Below are positions 19,650-30,136 of a stretch of 64,000 nucleotides of DNA, one piece after another. The stretch's first letter is position 1; the number at the start of each line of letters is the position of its first letter. The stretch lies in the sequence record PZ386959.1. The stretch is one strand, 5' to 3'. The stretch is from a phage. The notes beneath the pieces were generated by a model that was not told the origin of the DNA, made no database searches, and worked only from the letters and a program-made list of their open reading frames with translations. Position numbers and translations under genes: made by a program.

Positions 19650-21884
19650 ATGATTAAGACAATTAAAAAATCAAACGGTACAGTAGTAAGCTTTGACCCA
19701 GAAAGACTGAATAAGTGGGCATCATGGGCAGATAAACGTGGAATTATCTGGTCAGAAGTCACTATGGAAGCTATGAAACGTGTCTATGAAGGTTGCACTA
19801 CAAAAGAGATGCACCAAGCCATGATTGATGTTTGTGTTGATAAACAAACTCAAGAGTACTCAGATATGGCTGGACGGCTACTTCTGGGGATTATCTACAA
19901 AGAAGCCTTTGGAGGCTTTACTAAGGTTCCTACGCTGATTACCTTCGTTAAAAATATGGAGAGAGCAGGACTTTGGGAGAAGATGGACTATTCACAGGAA
20001 GAGCTTGAATACCTGCAAGGTTACATCGTGCACTCAAAAGATATCTCCTACGGTTATGCAGTCTTGAAACAGTTCAGAGACAAGTATGGCATCCGTGATA
20101 TTAAAACGGGAAGACTTTTTGAGTCACCACAATTTATGTTCATGGGTATGGCTATGAAAGCCTTTGAGAAGCAACCAAAGCACCGTAGACTGCAAGATGT
20201 TATCAAGCTGTACACTTACCTATCTGACCTAAAGATTAACGCCCCTACACCTTATTTAAACGGTTTAAGAGCTACTAAATCAGGTTATGCGTCATGTTGT
20301 TTGATTAAGGCGAACGATACTGCCGAATCACTTGGTATTGCTGCAAAGGTTGCTTATGACATGACTACAAAGCAAGCTGGTATCGGGATGCTGATGGAGA
20401 CTCGCACTATTGGTGATGGTATCCGTCAAAACACGATTGAGCACATGGGTAAGCTGCCTTATTATAAGCTTGTACGTTCATCTGTAGAGGCAAACAAACA
20501 GAAGAGTCGTGGTGGTTCAGCTAATAACTTCTACACTGCTCTAGACCCGCAGATTGAAGATTTACTGCGTTTGAAGCACCCGACAACGGTTCCTTCTAAA
20601 CGTATTAATGAGATGGACTACTCATTCGGCACAAACGATTATTTCTGGCAGTGTGTTCAGTATGATACAGACTGGTTGCTATTCTCTTACAAAGATGCAC
20701 CAAAACTCTATGACATGTTCTACACAGCATCTGCTGATGAGTTTGCTATGGCAGTTGGTCACGCAGTACATTCAGGAGTCAAGCACAGACGAGTCAAGGC
20801 TCGTGAAATTGCTAAGCTGTTTATTCAACAGCGTTATGCTACAGGTCGTGTGTATCCATTCTTCACTAACAATGCAAACACACATACACCATTTAAAGAA
20901 CCATTGAAGATGTCAAATCTTTGCATGGAAATTGTGTTGCCAGTGTATGGTTTTGAGAAAGAGACAGACCTTTACAGAGACGATGCTGTGAAAGAGGATG
21001 GTGAGGTGGCTCTTTGCTTCCTAGCTAGTTTGGTTGCAGGGAGAATTTCAGAAGATGAATACGCTGACGTTGCTTATTATGCTCTTGCAATGGTTGACTC
21101 CGTTATTGACCTTATGGATTATCCGTATCCGTCGATGCGTAACCATGTTCAGAAGCGTCGTTCTGTTGGGATTGGCCTTACAAATGTGGCTCATTACCTT
21201 GCGAAGAACTACGTGAACTACTCTTCACGAGCAGGTAAGACAAAGCTTCATGAGCTTGCTGAAATGCACTCTTACTATCTACATGAAGCCTCTCTGAGAC
21301 TTGCTAAAGAGCGTGGAGTTCCAGAGTACATGAAGTTCACTAAGTACCCTGAAGGCTGGGTTCCTCCAAAGACAGCTAACAAGAAGATTGATGAAAAGCA
21401 TGATGCAAAACTACGATATGATTGGGATAACTTAGCACAACGTATCAAAGAAAATGGTGGAATCCGAAACTCTGTATTAGAAGCTTACATGCCTAATGAG
21501 AGTTCTTCACTAGCAACTAATACGACAAATGGTTTGTACCCAATTCGTGACTTTATTTTAACTAAAAAGTCTGCAACTGGTAACGTACTGTTTATTGTTC
21601 CAGATTATGAAGAGTTGAAGTATGTCTATGAAATTGCTTGGGATATCGACACCTTTGATATGATTGACTGTTATGCAATTGTTCAAAAGTTCACTGGTCA
21701 AGCTATCTCTTCAGACTTCTATGTTGACTATGCAAAGTCTAAGAAGGTATCATTGGCTCAAGCTCTGAAGTACATGATTTATGCCAACTCGGTAGGTATG
21801 AAAACCATGTACTATCTGAACAGCCGTATCGGTGTAGGTAAATCTGCACTGCAAGATGCTTATTGCGAGGGTTGTGGTGTTTAG
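19650..21884 (+). CDS. nrdA: ribonucleoside-diphosphate reductase large subunit
   Basis: 744 aa; N-terminal ATP-cone (IKKSNGTVVSFDPERL), class I RNR alpha body with C-terminal CEGCGV tail. Confidence 0.9.
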   Translation: MIKTIKKSNGTVVSFDPERLNKWASWADKRGIIWSEVTMEAMKRVYEGCTTKEMHQAMIDVCVDKQTQEYSDMAGRLLLGIIYKEAFGGFTKVPTLITFVKNMERAGLWEKMDYSQEELEYLQGYIVHSKDISYGYAVLKQFRDKYGIRDIKTGRLFESPQFMFMGMAMKAFEKQPKHRRLQDVIKLYTYLSDLKINAPTPYLNGLRATKSGYASCCLIKANDTAESLGIAAKVAYDMTTKQAGIGMLMETRTIGDGIRQNTIEHMGKLPYYKLVRSSVEANKQKSRGGSANNFYTALDPQIEDLLRLKHPTTVPSKRINEMDYSFGTNDYFWQCVQYDTDWLLFSYKDAPKLYDMFYTASADEFAMAVGHAVHSGVKHRRVKAREIAKLFIQQRYATGRVYPFFTNNANTHTPFKEPLKMSNLCMEIVLPVYGFEKETDLYRDDAVKEDGEVALCFLASLVAGRISEDEYADVAYYALAMVDSVIDLMDYPYPSMRNHVQKRRSVGIGLTNVAHYLAKNYVNYSSRAGKTKLHELAEMHSYYLHEASLRLAKERGVPEYMKFTKYPEGWVPPKTANKKIDEKHDAKLRYDWDNLAQRIKENGGIRNSVLEAYMPNESSSLATNTTNGLYPIRDFILTKKSATGNVLFIVPDYEELKYVYEIAWDIDTFDMIDCYAIVQKFTGQAISSDFYVDYAKSKKVSLAQALKYMIYANSVGMKTMYYLNSRIGVGKSALQDAYCEGCGV

Positions 21885-21939
21885 TTTTAACAACTATGAG
21901 GGTCGTAAAAGACCCTCTAAAAATAACTTTGGAGAGAGT

Positions 21940-22197
21940 ATGAAGGACTTAATAGCAAATCATGAGTGGCCAATTTATCTGCTCTACAAACCTCGGAAAA
22001 CGTTGTACTATGTAAGTAGTACAGATATGATGATAAAACAAAATGATGACTCATGGGTCGATGGTGTGTCATACATCTCTACAGCAGATGGTAAAATCTA
22101 TGCAAGACCATATGAGATGTTCAATGAAGAAAATTGGGAAGTTCTAGACCGAAAACAAGCCTTAGAAATGATAAAGAAAGGAGAAATCACACTATGA
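21940..22197 (+). CDS. hypothetical protein
   Basis: 85 aa (start moved to ATG with GGAGAGAG SD); lies between nrdA and nrdB. Confidence 0.4.
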   Translation: MKDLIANHEWPIYLLYKPRKTLYYVSSTDMMIKQNDDSWVDGVSYISTADGKIYARPYEMFNEENWEVLDRKQALEMIKKGEITL

Positions 22198-23267
22198 TTA
22201 ACCAACACCCAATCTTTTTAGGTGGTGAGAGAAAGACATTTGACTCACTTAATAAACACTACCCAAAAATCTTTGAGCTTTATAAACAACAAAAAGCACA
22301 AGATTGGTCAGAAGATGAGTTCCCTTTTGAACAATCACGTCTTGATTTTGAGAGTGTCCCAGCATCAATGTCAGGTGTAATGCTTGAGATTCTTAAGTGG
22401 CAGTGGGAAGCAGATACCCAAGTTGCTAAGAGCTTGGCATTCGCCTTTGCACCATTCATCTCTGATGACATCTATGCAACTGCAATTATGAAGCAGTCTG
22501 AGATTGAAAACCTACATGCTCTTACTTACTCAGAGATTGTAAGGCAATGTATTAAAAACCCTGAAACAATTTTAGATGAGATTAACCAGAATGTTGCTGT
22601 ACAAGACCGATTAAAAACTGTGAATCGTGTTCTTGAAGAATTACTGGATGAAGGTATAAACTACCGCCTGAGTTATGTCCGTGATTCACTTCTGGACAAA
22701 GACCCTTTACACTTCCATAAAGTGATTCTGAAAGGGCTGTTTGCAGTGACTGCACTTGAAGGCATTTCCTTCATGGCATCCTTTGCATGTACCTTTGCAC
22801 TTGATGCTCAGGATAAATTTCAGGGTATTGCTCAAGCTGTCCAGAAAATTATGCTTGATGAAATCCTTCACACCAAAATTGATATTGAAGTTTTAAAAGA
22901 AACTTTAAGAGATGATGAGTGGCAGAAAGCTTTTCAACAAATTCTTCCAGAGATTAAAGTAATCTTAGATGAAGTAGTTGAAAGTGAAGAGAAATGGTCG
23001 TATTATATCTTCTCCGAAGGACGTGCTGTAGTTGGCTTAAACACAAAACTTCTTCATGAGTGGGTTTACTATAATGCTGCCCCACTGTATGATATGTTTG
23101 GCATTCCCAGAGATTTTGTAGCTCCTAAAGAACCACCTTTGAAGTATATGATTAAGAAGATGGAAATTGATAAAGAGCAGAATGCTAATCAGGAGCAACA
23201 GAACGGTGCGTACCTGTTGAATACTGTTGTAGATGATTTGAATAGTGGATTTTTAGAGGTTCCTTAA
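22194..23267 (+). CDS. nrdB: ribonucleoside-diphosphate reductase small subunit
   Basis: About 357 aa from MINQHPIF; ferritin-like di-iron helices (LEGISFMASFA), immediately after nrdA. Confidence 0.85.
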   Translation: MINQHPIFLGGERKTFDSLNKHYPKIFELYKQQKAQDWSEDEFPFEQSRLDFESVPASMSGVMLEILKWQWEADTQVAKSLAFAFAPFISDDIYATAIMKQSEIENLHALTYSEIVRQCIKNPETILDEINQNVAVQDRLKTVNRVLEELLDEGINYRLSYVRDSLLDKDPLHFHKVILKGLFAVTALEGISFMASFACTFALDAQDKFQGIAQAVQKIMLDEILHTKIDIEVLKETLRDDEWQKAFQQILPEIKVILDEVVESEEKWSYYIFSEGRAVVGLNTKLLHEWVYYNAAPLYDMFGIPRDFVAPKEPPLKYMIKKMEIDKEQNANQEQQNGAYLLNTVVDDLNSGFLEVP

Positions 23268-23509
23268 TGACTTATGTGATTTACTCCAAAACTGGATGCC
23301 CTCAGTGTGAGACTGCAAAGAATTTTGCAAAAGCTCGTGGTATTGACCATGTTGTGAGAATGTTAGGGCAGGATTATGAACTGTCAGACCTGATGGATAT
23401 TGCACAGATGCCAGTTCGTCAGATGCCATTCATCATGAAAACTGATGGACAAAACCTAAAACCTGTTGGAACGCTACAGAATTTTATGGCAGAGGTGAAT
23501 AATGCTTAA
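23267..23509 (+). CDS. nrdH: glutaredoxin-like (NrdH-like) redoxin
   Basis: 80 aa; N-terminal CPQC active site (YSKTGCPQCETAK); overlaps nrdB stop (ATGA). Confidence 0.65.
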   Translation: MTYVIYSKTGCPQCETAKNFAKARGIDHVVRMLGQDYELSDLMDIAQMPVRQMPFIMKTDGQNLKPVGTLQNFMAEVNNA

Positions 23510-23708
23510 ACGCCTTTGGGAAGGTCTGGTTGTTGATGCACCAGCCATTGTGATTGGTATGCTGATTGTTAACCTATTTACTGATTTTGAACAAGGTTCA
23601 TTGTTTGGGGCCATGTTACTATGGGTTATCTTTGAAATATTAGAGATACAGTTAGGCATCACTGAAAAACTAAGAAAACTCGTTTCGAAGTTTTCTAAAA
23701 AGATTTAA
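23502..23708 (+). CDS. small membrane protein
   Basis: 68 aa, two hydrophobic segments. Confidence 0.35.
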   Translation: MLKRLWEGLVVDAPAIVIGMLIVNLFTDFEQGSLFGAMLLWVIFEILEIQLGITEKLRKLVSKFSKKI

Positions 23709-23716
23709 AATGAAAG

Positions 23717-23737
23717 GGTCTCTTCGGAGACCTTTTT
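23717..23737 (+). terminator. intrinsic terminator
   Basis: GGTCTC-TTCG-GAGACC followed by TTTTT. Confidence 0.7.
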
Positions 23738-23756
23738 AGCATGTAAAGGGGCAATA

Positions 23757-25901
23757 ATGAACAAAGTACAGATTATTAAAAAGAATGGCTCACTCGAAGA
23801 ACCTGATATCAAAAAAGTTTTAGCAGCAGTCACAAAGTCAGCTAATAGGGTTGGGTATAAAGAACTCCCACCAGATGTTACTCAAGCTCTTGAGTCAGCA
23901 TTTATGAGGATTCTGGTAAAATCTACTAAACAGAATAATTTACTAATTTCGGTAAACGATATTCACAGTATTGTTGAAGGTGCTTTGGCAGAGGTCAATC
24001 ACGAGATTTATGAGTCTTACTCAACATACAGAAATTACCGTAAAGAGGTTGCTCAAAATTGGGATGAACTTTACCAAAAGACTAGAGACACACTCTTCTT
24101 AGGTGACCGTGAAAATGCTAACTTTGACAGCAGTTTAATTTCTACGAAAGGTTCAATTATCCGTGGTTACCTGACTAAAGAAATCTTTAAACAGTATCAT
24201 CTAACACCAGAGGAACTTGAAGCCATTGAGAAAGGCTTTATCTATATCCATGATTTGAGAGACCTGATTTTTGGTGGTATTAACTGTTGCCTGTTTGACA
24301 TTGGTAAAGTACTAAAAGGCGGCTTTGAAATGTCCGGCATTGAGTACTGTGAACCTAAATCTGTACTGTCAGCGTTGCAGGTTATTGGTGACGTAGTACT
24401 TTCAGCAACTGCACAGCAATTTGGTGGTTTTACTTTAGCAGAGATTGATAAGGTACTTGTACCGTATGCTAAGAAGTCTCTACGCTATCATGCTGAGAAA
24501 GCATCATCTTATGGTATTCCTAAAGAGCATTACCACAATTATGTAATGGAGCAGTTACAAATTGAACTGACTCAAGGTTTTCAGTCACTTGAGATGAAAC
24601 TAAATACCGTACCTTGTAGCCGTGGTGATTTTGCATTCACAACTTTAACATTTGGTTTACTTGACTCAGATATGTCTAATGATGATAATCGACTACAATA
24701 CATGATTGCAAGTACTCTCCTAGATGTTCGTATGAATGGACAAGGCAAGAGCAAAAAACCTGTTGTATTCCCTAAACTGGTTTATATTTATGACCAGAAG
24801 AGACATGATGAAAATATCTGTCAAGGTCACCTGTACAGTAAAGCTATTGAGTGTTGCTCTAAAGCAATGTACCCAGATTTCTTAAGTGTGTCTGGTCATG
24901 GTGCTGTAGCAGAGGCTTTTGAGCGTTCTGGTAAGGTAATTTCACCGATGGGTTGCAGAGCCTTTTTATCTCCATATCTTAATGAGGGTGGAGAAGAGTT
25001 CTACGTTGGTCGTGCTAACATTGGTGCTGTATCTTTGAACTTACCAATGATTTACCAGTATTCTAAAGAGAATGGCTTAGATTTCTGGAAAGAGCTTGAT
25101 AAGTACCTAGAGATGATTCGTAGTTTCCATAAGAAACGCTACGAAATGATTGCTAATATGCCAGCAAGCTCTAACCCTCTTGCATTCACACAAGGTGGTC
25201 TGTACAAAGGAACTAAGAAACCTACTGACAAGGTTGGTTGGGATATTGTGAAGTCCTTCACAGCTTCTTTTGGTGTTACTGCGCTTGATGAGTTGTCTGT
25301 TCTTGCTGAAGGTAAACGACTGCATGAAGTTGGAAGCTATAGTTTTGCATATGATGTTCTGGCATACATTAACATGAAAACCGAAGAGTTTAAAAATGAA
25401 GATGGCTTCTTATATGCCGTCTATGGTACTCCAGCAGAATCACTTTGCGGAACTCAACTAAAACAGTTCAGAGATATGTTTGGCGTTATCAAAGGCGTTT
25501 CTGACAAGGAATACTTTACAAACAGTTTCCATATGAATGTTGCAGCAGACATCTCACCATTTGAGAAGCAGGACTTAGAAGAACCATTCTTCCATATCTG
25601 TAGAGGCGGTAGAATCCAGTATGTAAGAGTAGCTAACCCAGAAAACTTATCAGCACTTAAGAGCTGTATTACAAGAGGGATGTTGAAAGGTTTCTATCAG
25701 GGACTTAACTTTGACTTAGCAATCTGTGAGCATTGTGGTAACAGACCAAAATCAGATGTTGAAGAGTGTGAAGTTTGTCACTCACATGATATCTCTGTGA
25801 TTAACAGGGTGTGTGGGTATCTTGGGTGGACTAAGATTAAAGGTGAATCCCGAATGAACGATGCAAAAATCGCTGAGATTCGTGACAGAGTTTCTATGTA
25901 A
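23757..25901 (+). CDS. nrdD: anaerobic ribonucleoside-triphosphate reductase
   Basis: 714 aa; ATP-cone N-terminus, C-terminal Zn site CEHCG..CEVC and glycyl-radical motif RVCGYLG. Confidence 0.9.
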   Translation: MNKVQIIKKNGSLEEPDIKKVLAAVTKSANRVGYKELPPDVTQALESAFMRILVKSTKQNNLLISVNDIHSIVEGALAEVNHEIYESYSTYRNYRKEVAQNWDELYQKTRDTLFLGDRENANFDSSLISTKGSIIRGYLTKEIFKQYHLTPEELEAIEKGFIYIHDLRDLIFGGINCCLFDIGKVLKGGFEMSGIEYCEPKSVLSALQVIGDVVLSATAQQFGGFTLAEIDKVLVPYAKKSLRYHAEKASSYGIPKEHYHNYVMEQLQIELTQGFQSLEMKLNTVPCSRGDFAFTTLTFGLLDSDMSNDDNRLQYMIASTLLDVRMNGQGKSKKPVVFPKLVYIYDQKRHDENICQGHLYSKAIECCSKAMYPDFLSVSGHGAVAEAFERSGKVISPMGCRAFLSPYLNEGGEEFYVGRANIGAVSLNLPMIYQYSKENGLDFWKELDKYLEMIRSFHKKRYEMIANMPASSNPLAFTQGGLYKGTKKPTDKVGWDIVKSFTASFGVTALDELSVLAEGKRLHEVGSYSFAYDVLAYINMKTEEFKNEDGFLYAVYGTPAESLCGTQLKQFRDMFGVIKGVSDKEYFTNSFHMNVAADISPFEKQDLEEPFFHICRGGRIQYVRVANPENLSALKSCITRGMLKGFYQGLNFDLAICEHCGNRPKSDVEECEVCHSHDISVINRVCGYLGWTKIKGESRMNDAKIAEIRDRVSM

Positions 25902-25924
25902 AACTTGACATGGTGGTGTGAGTC

Positions 25925-26308
25925 TTGATAGGCTTACATCACCTTTTTTATTGGAGTTGTATCATGGACTTGTGGCTTTATGTAGCAGTTTGTGGCCTTG
26001 CATGTCTCATCATATTAATCATTATCGGTGTCATGCGTTTTAAAGACATTATTTGCTCAGATTTTTGGCCTGAGTTTATCTTTAAAGCTATGGTAGTGGT
26101 ATTCCTTATATTTTGTGCTTTTGTTGTATATGATTCGTATAAGGTAATGGCATGGATGGATGCAAACAATTGTGTAAAAACCTCTCAAAACCGTGAGGTC
26201 ACTTATTTTGTGAGCGTGCTTAGTGGGAGTACCACTATACTTGTTCCACAAACTTCTGTAGAATATCTTTACACATGTGATAATGGGAAAACTATATGGT
26301 GGAATTAA
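25925..26308 (+). CDS. membrane protein
   Basis: 127 aa, two TM-like segments. Confidence 0.35.
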   Translation: MIGLHHLFYWSCIMDLWLYVAVCGLACLIILIIIGVMRFKDIICSDFWPEFIFKAMVVVFLIFCAFVVYDSYKVMAWMDANNCVKTSQNREVTYFVSVLSGSTTILVPQTSVEYLYTCDNGKTIWWN

Positions 26309-26511
26309 TTATGTCTAAGCTTTTAAAGGTGTCGATACCCATACTGCATATAGCGGTATTCTTCATTGGGGTTAGTGTCACAGTATGGGGTTTCTCAGAC
26401 CCACAATGGGAGTTTTCATATCAGGGTCAGATGGATTTGTGGTCATGCTTCAAACCATTTTTAGGGTTAACTATTGCATTTTCTGCAATACCAACTAAGG
26501 TCAAATTATGA
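26296..26511 (+). CDS. small membrane protein
   Basis: 71 aa, hydrophobic. Confidence 0.35.
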   Translation: MVELIMSKLLKVSIPILHIAVFFIGVSVTVWGFSDPQWEFSYQGQMDLWSCFKPFLGLTIAFSAIPTKVKL

Positions 26512-26903
26512 TTAAGTTAAGCCAAAAACAATTAGAGTGGATTAAAGATTACGCCTCAGAGTGTGGCTCTTGCGAAAAGAATCACGTAAAATACTCAACA
26601 TTTCATACGACCTTCACATTGTATGTTGGTGACAACGTTCTAAGTGATTCCGTAGAAGATGGTGTAGCTTTGCCTAATGAATTACTTGACAAATTAGCTG
26701 TAGTCACTGGAACTTGGTCTGAAGAAGATGGTCACGGGCTATCTGACGATGTTGTCTTCTACAGTCTTGAAAATATTATGAATCCAGAGTACATTATGCT
26801 AATGACTTGTGCACAAGACTGTGTGCCATTACAAAACTTCATTAAAGAGCACTGCGAAGAGTTTATTACTAAACAGGTTCCTTGTCAGGTGGTGTTTGAA
26901 TGA
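26508..26903 (+). CDS. hypothetical protein
   Basis: 131 aa ORF, 4-nt overlap coupling. Confidence 0.45.
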   Translation: MIKLSQKQLEWIKDYASECGSCEKNHVKYSTFHTTFTLYVGDNVLSDSVEDGVALPNELLDKLAVVTGTWSEEDGHGLSDDVVFYSLENIMNPEYIMLMTCAQDCVPLQNFIKEHCEEFITKQVPCQVVFE

Positions 26904-27199
26904 GTAAAACAATTCGAAGAAAAGGTTTGAAGAACGTTCATGGACTCTATGAGTGGAGAAATGAGGTACGTAACAGAGAAAATGCTTCAGATGTCTACTT
27001 CCATTCTGATATGATGTCCAGAAAAGGTGGCTCTTATGACTTCACAAGCCAGCCTTGTAGGGAGATTAAGAAGGCTACTAAACGTCTTACAAGAACACAA
27101 ATCAGGCAGCTTTCTAAGACATCCTTCTTAGACGAAGACTTTGACATTGATAGTAAGTCTCCAAAGAAAGCCGCTAAGAACACTTATATGTATTGGTGA
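26900..27199 (+). CDS. hypothetical protein
   Basis: 99 aa ORF. Confidence 0.4.
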   Translation: MSKTIRRKGLKNVHGLYEWRNEVRNRENASDVYFHSDMMSRKGGSYDFTSQPCREIKKATKRLTRTQIRQLSKTSFLDEDFDIDSKSPKKAAKNTYMYW

Positions 27200-27208
27200 G
27201 GTAACTAG

Positions 27209-27694
27209 ATGAATTACATGGAGATTCGACCATTTGACACAGCTAATGGTGAAGGGGTTCGTGTAAGCCTCTTCGTAGCTGGTTGTAAGCATCACTGTGA
27301 AGGCTGCTTTAACAGGGAGTCTTGGAAGTTTAATGCTGGTAAAGTGTTTACTTATGCAAACCTCTACGGCATCATTAAATTAATGGATGATGAGGCCATC
27401 AGTGGGTTGTCAATACTTGGTGGAGAGCCTCTGGATGATAGAAATATTCAAGAGGTTACCAACATATGCAAACGTATTAAAACAGTTTACCCAGAGAAGT
27501 CTATATGGCTCTGGACAGGTTTTCAACTACACGAAAAAATTCACTTAGATGTGATGAAATATGTTGACGTGGTGATTGATGGTAAGTATGATTCATCTAA
27601 ACCAACAGTCAAACCTTATCGTGGTTCTGATAACCAAAACCTCTGGAGAAAAGAGTATGGGTGGCAAGGTGATTGTCAATGGCGAGCAGAATAA
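27209..27694 (+). CDS. nrdG: anaerobic RNR activating protein (radical SAM)
   Basis: 161 aa; CKHHCEGC = CxxxCxxC radical-SAM cluster motif near N-terminus; same operon as nrdD. Confidence 0.8.
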   Translation: MNYMEIRPFDTANGEGVRVSLFVAGCKHHCEGCFNRESWKFNAGKVFTYANLYGIIKLMDDEAISGLSILGGEPLDDRNIQEVTNICKRIKTVYPEKSIWLWTGFQLHEKIHLDVMKYVDVVIDGKYDSSKPTVKPYRGSDNQNLWRKEYGWQGDCQWRAE

Positions 27695-27775
27695 ATTTAA
27701 ATGTTGGTGACAGTATTGTTGGTGTCACTGAAAAGAACTTAAAACATTTTGTGAAAAGATTGAGAGAGATATGAA

Positions 27776-28033
27776 ATGGGACTCTGGAATAGTTTTAAAT
27801 CAAAAGTAAAAGCAGCACTAGCTTCATTAGGTATGCTCACTGGTGTTGATGTGGCTCATCTTATGCAGAACTTCAAGATGGATGAGAAGCTGGCTAATGA
27901 GATTATGAAAAGTATCTATGTAGGCCGTGGTAAAGGTGGTAAGAAACAAGCACATCGACCAACTGGTGCAGCAGCAATTAAACGTGCAGCTAAGAAAGCT
28001 CGTAACCGTAAACGTAACAAGAAGGCTAAATAA
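27776..28033 (+). CDS. small basic protein
   Basis: 85 aa; Lys/Arg-rich tail AKKARNRKRNKKAK. Confidence 0.4.
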   Translation: MGLWNSFKSKVKAALASLGMLTGVDVAHLMQNFKMDEKLANEIMKSIYVGRGKGGKKQAHRPTGAAAIKRAAKKARNRKRNKKAK

Positions 28034-28035
28034 TC

Positions 28036-28356
28036 ATGAGCAAAGTTTATAACACTCGTAAATTACAGATTTTCGTACTGTGCCAGTTTATGGCTAAAGA
28101 GCATAACTACTACTATTGTGGTACAGGATTCATTAGTGATAATGACGGCTCATATCTACCATTCAAAGAGGCTGTAAAGCTCTTCAATGAAGAGAAAAGC
28201 TCTAAGAAAGATATTGAAAAGGTTAAGCTAACCTACAGCAAGAAAGACAAGAAGATTATCTGCCTAGATAACTTTGTAAAAGTTACTGGAGAAGCAAAAG
28301 AGTTTATGGATGAGAGTGAGATTTCATTCACAAGCATCTTGAAAGTAGCTCAGTAA
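28036..28356 (+). CDS. hypothetical protein
   Basis: 106 aa ORF. Confidence 0.4.
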   Translation: MSKVYNTRKLQIFVLCQFMAKEHNYYYCGTGFISDNDGSYLPFKEAVKLFNEEKSSKKDIEKVKLTYSKKDKKIICLDNFVKVTGEAKEFMDESEISFTSILKVAQ

Positions 28357-28410
28357 AAAGATACTATAAGGGGACTGTAAAGGTTCCCTTTTTATTTTTG
28401 TGGAGATACT

Positions 28411-28926
28411 ATGTACCTGTCAAACCTGAAACGTTCTGCTGCAATATCTGTTCTGAGACTAAGCTTTGAAGAGCGTCAAGAGTTCATTGATTCTCACCAA
28501 TATGACCCTTCCAATTCCAATCACATGATTCTCTGGAACCGTGATAACTTCCGTGAAAGAGCACTTGTCCGTTATTACCCACACTACACAATAGATAACC
28601 TGTATGAATGGTGTGTTGTGAAGAACACTATTGCAACACTTAACAATCTTTGCAGGTATACAGGCAAGCAAACATTTACACTAGGTCACCACAAGCCTGT
28701 TACAAAAGGTGGTGAACATCACTGTGCAAACTGGTTTATCCAAACTAAAGCTGATAACCAGAAGCAAGGAGATAGACTCCTAAGCATCCCTAAGATGACC
28801 TATGAAGAGCAAGAGAGATATATCAAAAATAATATGCCAGATGTGCTTGACAACAACTATACAGATTTGGCAATATCTCTCCTGTTGAAGTTCGAGACAG
28901 TTTATAGGGCAACTTACAATGGCTAA
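28411..28926 (+). CDS. HNH endonuclease-like protein
   Basis: 171 aa; LGHHKPVTKGGEHHCANWFIQTKADNQKQGD resembles HNH core (HH..N..N). Confidence 0.45.
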   Translation: MYLSNLKRSAAISVLRLSFEERQEFIDSHQYDPSNSNHMILWNRDNFRERALVRYYPHYTIDNLYEWCVVKNTIATLNNLCRYTGKQTFTLGHHKPVTKGGEHHCANWFIQTKADNQKQGDRLLSIPKMTYEEQERYIKNNMPDVLDNNYTDLAISLLLKFETVYRATYNG

Positions 28927-29197
28927 AGAGAAGTGGGAAATTTTACCATTAGTGAGTGAAGGCGGTAACGGTTGTGAGATGTACATGATACGTGGTCATG
29001 TACCAGAACCAATTGCACTTGAGATGGTAAACAATTTTACAGATGGCTCTTACAAAGATTTAGGAGAGCCAACTATAAAGCATCAATGGGTCAAACCTGT
29101 ACCAGACAGCACAGGTAACTGTAGTGTACTTTATCACGTTGTAGACCCTGCAAAATGCAAATCTGCAATGGCAGTAACAAACGTAACTTTTGATTGA
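28919..29197 (+). CDS. hypothetical protein
   Basis: 92 aa ORF. Confidence 0.4.
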   Translation: MAKEKWEILPLVSEGGNGCEMYMIRGHVPEPIALEMVNNFTDGSYKDLGEPTIKHQWVKPVPDSTGNCSVLYHVVDPAKCKSAMAVTNVTFD

Positions 29198-29208
29198 GAG
29201 AGAAAACT

Positions 29209-30090
29209 ATGAAAACTGTTATTGAAGTCGTTGTCACCGCACAAGAGAAATTCTTCCACACAGAAAAATTTAATATCATCCAATTCCCATCTGGAGAAAT
29301 TGGTGGAAACTTCTCTGAAGAATTTGTTAAGTTTACTGAGCGTAATGCTGGTAAGATTGACAATGTTATACTTACTGTGCAGGGATATGATAAAGATACT
29401 CTGTTTGCATTAGCTTTGGCTAAGGATGCCGTTGACAGTCTTGTTCCATATAAGTCAGCGATGAAAACCGTTGTTTTCGGGTTCTTACCAAATGCTCGGT
29501 ATGACCGCCATATGTTCAAAGGTGATTCAGCAGCACTGAAAGCTTTTGCCAACCTCGTTAATGCAATGGGTTTTGATGCAGTATGTGCTCTTGACCCTCA
29601 CAGTAATGTTGCAGAAAACTTATTTAAGTGCTTTCAGAGCATGAAGCAAAAAGATGTAGCAGTACACTTTGCAAGTGACCCACGCATTGATTTCTTGGTA
29701 GCCCCAGATGCAGGCGCAGCTAAGAAGACTGAAGAGGCTGCTAAAGAGGTGGATAAACCATATATCACAATGTCTAAAGTGCGCAATCTTAAGACTGGAG
29801 AAATCACTGGTATGCGAATCCTTGACGATGTTGATTTGACCGATAAAACTGTCATGATTCTCGATGATATCTGTGATGGTGGTCGAACCTTCATAGAGGC
29901 AGCTAAACATCTTCGTGAAGCAGGTGCAAAACGTGTGGAACTCTATGTAACTCATGGCATTTTCTCTAAAGGGGTTGAAAACTTACTTGACAATGGTATT
30001 GACCATATCTACACTACAAACTCTTTAGGAGAAGCTAAAGACCGTGGCTTAACACATTATGCCCAAGTTACTGTAATTACCATTGATTGA
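29209..30090 (+). CDS. ribose-phosphate pyrophosphokinase family protein (Prs-like; candidate ADP-ribose pyrophosphokinase)
   Basis: About 293 aa; PNARYDRH (Prs YARQDR-like) and PRPP-binding loop MILDDICDGGRTF (DDxxDxGGT); directly upstream of Nampt-like gene. Confidence 0.6.
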   Translation: MKTVIEVVVTAQEKFFHTEKFNIIQFPSGEIGGNFSEEFVKFTERNAGKIDNVILTVQGYDKDTLFALALAKDAVDSLVPYKSAMKTVVFGFLPNARYDRHMFKGDSAALKAFANLVNAMGFDAVCALDPHSNVAENLFKCFQSMKQKDVAVHFASDPRIDFLVAPDAGAAKKTEEAAKEVDKPYITMSKVRNLKTGEITGMRILDDVDLTDKTVMILDDICDGGRTFIEAAKHLREAGAKRVELYVTHGIFSKGVENLLDNGIDHIYTTNSLGEAKDRGLTHYAQVTVITID

Positions 30091-30136
30091 AACTTTATAG
30101 GGGCTTCAAAGCCCCATTTTGAGAGAGATTAAAAAG

